The notes beneath the pieces are model-generated. The model ran no database searches, was not told the DNA's origin, and worked only from the letters and a program-made list of their open reading frames with translations. This document shows, piece after piece, positions 57,329 through 64,000 of a DNA stretch of 64,000 nucleotides (its first letter is position 1; every line of letters begins with the position of its first letter). This DNA is from Dehalococcoidia bacterium (GTDB lineage Bacteria > Chloroflexota > Dehalococcoidia > Plut-88900). Position numbers and translations under genes: made by a program. The stretch is from the NCBI GenBank assembly GCA_965207225.1, contig CBDBLV010000005.1:736001-800000 (forward strand). Reading direction: 5' to 3'.

Positions 57329-58096
57329 TCAGGCTATCCTTCGGTCGATTCGTTCAATGGCCGTGGCCTTCCCCGTAGTCCCGTCGATGTCTATCAACAC
57401 CGAACTGAAACGCACCGGGCCCTTGGCCACGCTCATCCGCTGGTTCATCTGCGTAAGAAACCGCTCAATGATCGGCGGTGGGTCATCCCCTATGATCGAC
57501 TCCGAAGGCCCGACCATCCCCAGGTCCGTCACGTACGCCGTCCCCTCCGGCAGGATCATCGTATCCACAGTCCCCACGTGCGTATGAGTCCCCACCACCG
57601 CGCTCACCCGACCGTTCAGGTACCACCCCATCGCTCCCTTCTCGGACGTCGCCTCCCCGTGAAAGTCCACCAGCGTCACCTTAGGCAGCTCCCGAGACCC
57701 GTTCAGCAGCCCGTCCATCGCCCTGAACGGGCAGTCGTAGTCCCTCATAAACACCCGGCCAATCAGGTTTACCACCAGCACGTCCTGCACAATCAGGCAC
57801 CCGCGCCCCGGCAAGTCCGGCGGGAAATTCAGCGGCCTGAGTATCGGCGCATCAGTGTCCAGGTATTCGATGATCTCCTGCTGGTCCCAGATGTGGTTCC
57901 CGGTCGTAATCACGTCCACCCCGGCCGAGAGAAGCTGCTCTGCGGTCTGGGGCGTGATCCCGAACCCCCCCGCCGCATTCTCCCCGTTCGCCACCACGAA
58001 GTCGACACCGTACTCGTTCTTGATTCCCGGCAACAGTGTACTGACGGCGCGCCTTCCCGGCTTCCCGACTATGTCTCCGATCATCAGGACGCGCAT
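57329..58096 (-). CDS. ymdB: YmdB-like metallophosphoesterase
   Basis: GDIVG.PG, NGEN, GNH, DFHGEATSEK, GTHTH; follows rny. Confidence 0.92.
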   Translation of the reverse strand: MRVLMIGDIVGKPGRRAVSTLLPGIKNEYGVDFVVANGENAAGGFGITPQTAEQLLSAGVDVITTGNHIWDQQEIIEYLDTDAPILRPLNFPPDLPGRGCLIVQDVLVVNLIGRVFMRDYDCPFRAMDGLLNGSRELPKVTLVDFHGEATSEKGAMGWYLNGRVSAVVGTHTHVGTVDTMILPEGTAYVTDLGMVGPSESIIGDDPPPIIERFLTQMNQRMSVAKGPVRFSSVLIDIDGTTGKATAIERIDRRIA

Positions 58097-58184
58097 CTAT
58101 ATCTCTCTGTTTCCAAGCTGTATGCGCGCCTCACCGTTGCGCTCATAGTCCTGCTGTGAAGTGGACGGGGACGCCGCCGAATTA

Positions 58185-59711
58185 TCAGCGTGCGGTCCCC
58201 AGCGCCCGAGTCTCCCGCACTACCGTTACCTTGATCTCGCCCGGGTAGACCAGTTCGTCCTCGATCTTCTTGACCACTTCCCTGGCCAGCCGTGACGCCC
58301 CGATGTCGTCCACCTTGTCCGGTTGGACCATGATCCGGATCTCGCGGCCCGCCTGGATGGCGAAGGACTTCTGCACACCGTCGAAACTGTCGGCGACATC
58401 CTCCAGGGCGCGTAGCCGCTTGATGTAGTTCTCCACGCTGTCCCGCCGGGCCCCGGGCCTCGCTCCGCTTATCGCATCAGCCGCAGCCACGATGAACGCT
58501 TCCACGTTCACCCGGTCTTCTTCGTGGTGCTCCTCTACAGCCTTAACTACCTCCGCGCGGATGTGGTACTTCCGGGCAATGTCCGCCCCGATCTCGGCGT
58601 GACCGCCCTGCACCTCGTGCGTCAGCGCCTTCCCGATGTCGTGCAGCAGACCCGCCTTCTTGGCAATGTCCACGTTAGCGCCGATCTCGGCCGCTATCAT
58701 CCCGGCCAAGTGCGCCACTTCCACCGAGTGTTTGAGGATGTTGTGCCCGTAGCTGTACCGGAATTTGAGTTGGCCTACCAGCCTCACCAGGTCTGGGTGA
58801 AAGCCCGTGATGCCGAGCTCGTACAGCGCCTCCTGCCCCGACGTCTTCATCCCCTCCTCCACCTCCACCTGCGTCTTCTGTACCACGTCCTCGATGCGCG
58901 CCGGGTGTATCCTCCCGTCGCTCACCAGCTTGGCAACGGCGACCTTCGCTACTTCACGGCGTACGGGGTCGAAAGTCGAAAGGGTAACGGCCTCCGGGGT
59001 GTCGTCTATGATCAGGTCCACCCCCGTGGCCCGCTCTAGGGCCCGGATGTTCCGCCCCTCCCGACCTATCAGCCTCCCCTTCATGTCGTCGCTCGGGAGC
59101 GGAACGACCGCCGAGGTAGTCTCGGACACCACGTCCGAGGTCAACCGCTGAATCGCAAGGGCGATCGCCTTGCGGGCCTTCATGTCGGCCTCTTCTTTCA
59201 TCCGGAGCTCTAGCTCGTAGGCCCGGCGGTCGATCTCGCCCTGCGCTATCTCTTCAGCTTCCCGGATAACCCTCTCCGTCGCCTCATCTACGGTGAGGCT
59301 GGAGATGGTTTCCAGCTTTTGTAGCTGCAGTTCTTTCAGTTCGTCTGCTTCCGCTGCTTTGCGGTCTAACGACTCCTCTTTCTCGCTAAGGGTCTGAAGC
59401 TTCCTGTCTGCGGAATCCACCTTGCGGTCCAGGGCTTCTTCTTTTTGGGTTATGCGTTTTTCCTGCCGTCTCAGCTCATTTCTTCGTTCGCGGTATTCGT
59501 TCTCTGCCGATTTCCGCATCTGGTGCGCCTCTTCCCTGGCTTCCAGGAGTAGCGCCTTCTGTTTGCCTTCCGCTTCCGTTAAGAGGGCCGACGCCTGCGC
59601 CTCGGCCTTCCTCCTTTTGCTGGCTTGCACCAAATAGCGTGCGAAGAAACCTATTAACCCACCTAGAAGAATGCCCCCAACGGCGCACAAGATGGCTACT
59701 AATATAGCCAT
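58185..59711 (-). CDS. rny: Ribonuclease Y
   Basis: N-terminal TM, coiled coil, KH (KGRLIGREGRNIR), HD (LLHDIGK). Confidence 0.96.
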   Translation of the reverse strand: MAILVAILCAVGGILLGGLIGFFARYLVQASKRRKAEAQASALLTEAEGKQKALLLEAREEAHQMRKSAENEYRERRNELRRQEKRITQKEEALDRKVDSADRKLQTLSEKEESLDRKAAEADELKELQLQKLETISSLTVDEATERVIREAEEIAQGEIDRRAYELELRMKEEADMKARKAIALAIQRLTSDVVSETTSAVVPLPSDDMKGRLIGREGRNIRALERATGVDLIIDDTPEAVTLSTFDPVRREVAKVAVAKLVSDGRIHPARIEDVVQKTQVEVEEGMKTSGQEALYELGITGFHPDLVRLVGQLKFRYSYGHNILKHSVEVAHLAGMIAAEIGANVDIAKKAGLLHDIGKALTHEVQGGHAEIGADIARKYHIRAEVVKAVEEHHEEDRVNVEAFIVAAADAISGARPGARRDSVENYIKRLRALEDVADSFDGVQKSFAIQAGREIRIMVQPDKVDDIGASRLAREVVKKIEDELVYPGEIKVTVVRETRALGTAR

Positions 59712-59899
59712 CCTTTCCTCTCTTTCTATGTGCTTATGTGTTGTATGCCATCAGGGTACAGTGGGGCCATTTAACTCAGTATCTTAGGGGTAAGCCCCAA
59801 TAGTGTCAAGCAAAACCGCTAGCGGACGAGGGCGCCCAGCCTTGGTGACAGCCCATTCTTGGGACCTCTCGGCTCCCCCACCCCACCCGAGCCCCTCCC

Positions 59900-61144
59900 C
59901 TACCCGCACACCTCCAGCGCCGTCGCCGCCAGCACCTTGACACACGTCTCCATCTCGCTAATCGACGTCCAGAAGTTGTCCTCCCCCTCCACCGACGACA
60001 CGAACCCACCCCCCGGCCCGTATTCCAGACACGGTATCCCTGCCTTCCACAACCACGTCACGTCCCCAGCCGAGTACGAGAACGGGTAGATAGCCCCCAC
60101 CGCCCGGGGCTTGGTCCCCGTCACTGCCTCGTGGCTCCGCTTCACTATCTCCACTATCTCCTGCCCCTCCGGCAGGTCGAACGGCTCCATCACCAGCCGA
60201 CGTCTCCCCTCAAACGATGCCGGAGGCGGCACCTCTATCTCATACTTCAACTCCGGGTCCTCTATGGTCAATGGGTCCAGCGCGCTGCGTATGTCGGCGA
60301 TTATCGTGTCCAGCGTCTGCCCCGGCACGAAGTGCACGTCAATCAGAATCGTGCAGTAGTCGGGAATGTATGGCGGCTCGATCAGCACATAGCTCTCCCC
60401 CCTCCCCCCGATAATGCTCCCCACGTTCACCCGAGGCATCGCCGGCAGCTTGTGGCTTGGCGTGTGGGTCAGCTTCATCGACTCTAGCGCATTGATGACT
60501 TTAGTCATCTTGCTCACCGCGTTTATCGTATGCTCCTGCACGCTGATGTGCCCCGTGACCCCGTATGTGTGAATAGCCAGGTGCGCTATTCCCGCGTGTA
60601 CCGTCGCTATGTTCCCCACACCCGTCGGCTCCGGCGACACCGCCATATCCGTCCTCAGCCCGCTCTCAGTCAAGAAATAAGTGCCCTCTCCGCCCTGCGT
60701 CTCCCCCACAACGCACGCCAGCACCAGGTCGCCCTTCAACCCCACCCTCGAGAGCCTTATCGCCTCCGCCGCCGTGATCATGCTCGCCACCCCGCCCTTC
60801 ATGTTCTCCACCCCCTGCCCGTACAGCCTGTCCCCTTCGATAGTCGGCACCGTCGGGTCCCGCTGCGCCCCCCGACGCAGCGAGTTGATGTCCGTATGCC
60901 CGTTCAGCATCAGGCTCCTCCCACCGCCCGTGCCCCTCAACGTTGCTATCGCCTGCAGCCTCCCCGGCTCCACCTCCTGCTGCTCGACCTCGTACCCCCT
61001 CTCCCGGAAATACCCGTCCAGGAAGTGCGCCACCGGCGTCTCGTTGGGCTTGAAGCTGGGGATGCTGATAAGCTGCTTCGCCAGGTCCAGCATCGCCTCA
61101 CGGTCTACGTGCGCAAGGACTTGTTCTTGCTGAGCGTCGTCCAC
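59900..61144 (-). CDS. M20 family metallopeptidase/deacylase (ArgE/DapE-like)
   Basis: LNGHTD, YGQG..NMKGG, VVGE. Confidence 0.85.
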   Translation of the reverse strand: MDDAQQEQVLAHVDREAMLDLAKQLISIPSFKPNETPVAHFLDGYFRERGYEVEQQEVEPGRLQAIATLRGTGGGRSLMLNGHTDINSLRRGAQRDPTVPTIEGDRLYGQGVENMKGGVASMITAAEAIRLSRVGLKGDLVLACVVGETQGGEGTYFLTESGLRTDMAVSPEPTGVGNIATVHAGIAHLAIHTYGVTGHISVQEHTINAVSKMTKVINALESMKLTHTPSHKLPAMPRVNVGSIIGGRGESYVLIEPPYIPDYCTILIDVHFVPGQTLDTIIADIRSALDPLTIEDPELKYEIEVPPPASFEGRRRLVMEPFDLPEGQEIVEIVKRSHEAVTGTKPRAVGAIYPFSYSAGDVTWLWKAGIPCLEYGPGGGFVSSVEGEDNFWTSISEMETCVKVLAATALEVCG

Positions 61145-61164
61145 TGAAGGTCTCCCGTTGCAGT

Positions 61165-61836
61165 CTACGGCCCGGTTAGATGGGGCGCGGCGACATCCGG
61201 CCTTATAGCCCTGTCCATGAAGTCGTTCATCTGGGGTTCATATATGTCCCACAGCCGCCTCAGCTCCGAGATCGGTGCATCGTGCCAGTCCACCCTCAGA
61301 TCGATGATCGGGAACGGATACCGGTCATGCACCACCAGCGCCGCCGAGTGCTCGTTCTTCCCCACCTCCCCGCCCGCCGCCTTTCCGGCCTCCAGCCCCC
61401 TCACCAGCCGCTCCGCCAGGTGCAGGTCCGGGTCAGCCTCGAACCCCTGCCCAATCGCCACCGCCACCTGCTCCGAAAATAGCAGGTTCCCCACCGCAAC
61501 CACGTCATCCCCCAGGTACTCGTTGTTCTCCTTGTAGACCAGGCTCCCAGTATGCGCCGCCGTCCCCCCGACCCTGTCTACCACACCAATCTGTCGGTAC
61601 TCGGGGTAGGCGCCGGCCTTCACCAGTTCGTCTACCACCGCCTTCGCCGAATATCCCCGGCGCAGCAGGTCCAGCCCCAGCTTCCCCAGCCGCGGGTCGG
61701 TCAGGTTCTGCGATGCCACCGCCCCGACACCCGTCTCCACCCACACGCACCTCGCCCCGACGCAAATGCTGCTCGTCGATACTGCCATCCCCACCATCCC
61801 CGTCCGGCTGCAGTGTCCTACCAATGAGAATGTCAT
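61165..61836 (-). CDS. DUF1028 family (Ntn-hydrolase-like) protein
   Basis: MTFSLV, GVGAVASQ, RQ, AAHTG, GNLL, SAAL, DLRVD. Confidence 0.88.
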   Translation of the reverse strand: MTFSLVGHCSRTGMVGMAVSTSSICVGARCVWVETGVGAVASQNLTDPRLGKLGLDLLRRGYSAKAVVDELVKAGAYPEYRQIGVVDRVGGTAAHTGSLVYKENNEYLGDDVVAVGNLLFSEQVAVAIGQGFEADPDLHLAERLVRGLEAGKAAGGEVGKNEHSAALVVHDRYPFPIIDLRVDWHDAPISELRRLWDIYEPQMNDFMDRAIRPDVAAPHLTGP

Positions 61837-61870
61837 AGTCTTCTCCCTCTAATGTGGATAGGCGCGAGTC

Positions 61871-63319
61871 CTACCGTTCCTTCATCACCTCTACGGAGAG
61901 GTCCGCGGCCTTCCTGACCAGCCGCTTCATCGGGGTGGGATCGAAGTTGAAGTACAGGGCCAGCATGTTGGCGTAGGGCGGGCTCTGCGCAAACAGCTGG
62001 AAAGCCAGCTTGTGTCCCGCCATCGACGAGTCCACCAGGTCCCGGGTGAAATGGAGTAGCTTGATCCTGTCCTCCATCCCCCAGTCCCGGACCGCGTAGT
62101 ACTTCTCCAGGTACTTCCGCACCTCCGGGTTCTTCCATGCCGCAGTGTCTGGGGTGAGCTCCAGCTGACCCCCCGCCAGCTCCCTCACAATCCCGACCAT
62201 CGCCGGCAGATTGCTGGAACCATAGATGCGACCCGCGTAGATGATCGCCTGGTTCGGCATCATCAAGCCCCCGGGGCTCGGCTCCGCACAGTGCACCGCT
62301 GCGTGCAGGTGCGCGTTGATCGTCTCTCGGTAGCACATCAGCTGCGTCAGCTTCTCCCGTACCTGCGGCACGTTCTGCAACCCCGTCTGCTCGATATTCA
62401 AAAACGCCGTCCCAAGCAGGTAGTCGGCCCTGAACAGCGTCCTCAGCACGAAGGGAAACACCACGTACCTGTGCAGCGTTCCCCTGATGTACCCCGCCGC
62501 CTTCGGCTCCCGACAGAACAGCACGTTCTCCCACGGCACCAGCACGTTGTCGAAAATCAGTAGAGTGTCAATCTCGTCGAACTTCGTAGCTATCGGGTAG
62601 TCCTTCGGGTCCTTCCCCACCCCCAGCCCCGTGCGGCATATCAGCTTCAACCCCGGGGCATTCATGTCCGTAATGAACCCGATGGCATAGTCCCTCAGCG
62701 CATCGTCCCACTGGGCAATCGTCGGCTTCACGAAACCCTGGTTCGCATAGCAGGCCGCCGTCTCGTACTTCGCCCCCCGCACTATGATGCCCTTGTCGTT
62801 CTCATCCACAACGTGCAGCAGCATGTCGGGGTCCTGCTCCTGAGGTGGCCGGCTCCTGTCTCCCTTGGGGTCCGTGTTCCCGCTCACGTGGAACAGGTCC
62901 TGCTCCTGCAGCCGGTTCACGTGCCGTTCAACGTTCTCCGCGAACATCGGGTTGAACGTCCGCAACGTCTCCCGGGCGTCGTACATCGACCACAGCTCGC
63001 CCGCCGTGTCATCCCCCACCCTCTCCACAATCCCCCCGACCTCCGTCAGCACCGTCTCCACGTACCGCCTTTGGGCCATCAGGTCTTCTGCAGAAACGGG
63101 AGGCTTTAGTGATCGGGCCGCCGGTTCACCGTTGAAATCGAAGGTCGTAATGTCCTGGAACTCCGCCTCGTTCTGCATGTCGTACATGCGAGACCGGACC
63201 TTGATGATAGGTTTGAACGCCGGGTGCTCGGTGATGTCTTTCACCAGCTCCCCGTCGTAGTACACCTCCCGACCGTCCCTCAAAGATTCCCGATATTCCT
63301 CGCCTGTTCGTAGTCCCAT
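61871..63319 (-). CDS. 4-hydroxyphenylacetate 3-hydroxylase (HpaB/PvcC) family flavin monooxygenase
   Basis: RTGEEY.ESLRDGR, HPAF, DPKGDRS, VRGAK, FDEID..FDNV.VPWE. Confidence 0.9.
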   Translation of the reverse strand: MGLRTGEEYRESLRDGREVYYDGELVKDITEHPAFKPIIKVRSRMYDMQNEAEFQDITTFDFNGEPAARSLKPPVSAEDLMAQRRYVETVLTEVGGIVERVGDDTAGELWSMYDARETLRTFNPMFAENVERHVNRLQEQDLFHVSGNTDPKGDRSRPPQEQDPDMLLHVVDENDKGIIVRGAKYETAACYANQGFVKPTIAQWDDALRDYAIGFITDMNAPGLKLICRTGLGVGKDPKDYPIATKFDEIDTLLIFDNVLVPWENVLFCREPKAAGYIRGTLHRYVVFPFVLRTLFRADYLLGTAFLNIEQTGLQNVPQVREKLTQLMCYRETINAHLHAAVHCAEPSPGGLMMPNQAIIYAGRIYGSSNLPAMVGIVRELAGGQLELTPDTAAWKNPEVRKYLEKYYAVRDWGMEDRIKLLHFTRDLVDSSMAGHKLAFQLFAQSPPYANMLALYFNFDPTPMKRLVRKAADLSVEVMKER

Positions 63320-63467
63320 TCTTTACCTCGAAAATGTAGGCGCCTATACGTGCCTGGGAATGCGCTTCGGAGTCAGACTGCATGAACGATGGCTGCCCCT
63401 CCCCCCAAAGGCGACGATTATCGTAACGTAGCCCTTTCCCCTTTGGCAACACGTCGAAGCGACCCCC

Positions 63468-64000
63468 TTAGCACCCGTACCTCCCCTCAATCGACCCCCC
63501 AAACACCACCCCGTCCCCCACCCCCAACCCCATCTCCTCCGCCTCGCCCGCGTTAATCTCCACTACGAACTGCATCTCCCCCGAGGGCCTCACCCTTGCG
63601 ATCTCCGAGTCTTCAGCATCGGTAGGTGGTGCCGGAATGTCCCGCGATATCTCCCCCACCGTGCAGTCTTCCCCTATCCACACAAAGTCCAGCGGAAACT
63701 GCATCCGCACCATCCAGAACTGCAGCGGCCTCGCCGACTCATAAACGAACAGCATCCCCGCCCCCGACTCCAAAGACTCCCTGTCCGACAACCCCTGCCT
63801 GCGTTGCTCCGGCGTCACCGCCACCTCTACCGGAAACACCACCTCCCCAATGATCACCGTAGGCCCCGTGTAGACCGGTGTCGCAGTCGGAGCCACTGTG
63901 GGCGTTGGCTCAGGCGGGGCGGTTGGGCTCGCGGCCGGCAATGGTGTTTCTGTTCTGACTGAAGTAGCCGTCGGATTGGGAGTGACTGCCGGGGCAGGGG
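63468..64000 (-). CDS. DUF192-domain protein with Pro/Thr-rich linker (5' end outside the window)
   Basis: VEVA.T...GL..R, GMLF, FWM..M.FPLD, VVEINAG. Confidence 0.85.
   Translation of the reverse strand, partial: PAPAVTPNPTATSVRTETPLPAASPTAPPEPTPTVAPTATPVYTGPTVIIGEVVFPVEVAVTPEQRRQGLSDRESLESGAGMLFVYESARPLQFWMVRMQFPLDFVWIGEDCTVGEISRDIPAPPTDAEDSEIARVRPSGEMQFVVEINAGEAEEMGLGVGDGVVFGGSIEGRYGC

Noticed and set aside
59712-59899. 6S RNA or riboswitch upstream of rny
   Set aside because: No convincing long hairpin or conserved motif visible

Overview
GC-rich bacterial chromosome segment. Its gene content (acyl-CoA dehydrogenase, CoA-transferase, amidohydrolase, Rieske oxygenases, a sterol-methyltransferase/P450 cluster) suggests a Chloroflexota, Dehalococcoidia/SAR202-like organism, possibly host-associated; this taxonomy is inference only. 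About 50 CDS, three tRNAs (Leu-CAA, Phe-GAA, Gly-CCC), an N-methylglutamate (mgsABC-gmaS-sox/mgd) methylamine operon, a sterol/lipid modification and export cluster, two toxin-antitoxin pairs and a 4.9-kb integrase-less island at tRNA-Gly. The most striking feature is a ~0.85-kb non-coding element present twice (~1545-2430 and ~47220-48085). Each copy has its own near-consensus sigma70 promoter, a ~20-bp long-range closing helix and three tandem modules spaced exactly 82 nt apart, and the differences I checked between copies in predicted stems preserve base pairing. It is a strong candidate for a large structured ncRNA that I do not recognise. All calls come from reading motifs by eye; no searches were run.
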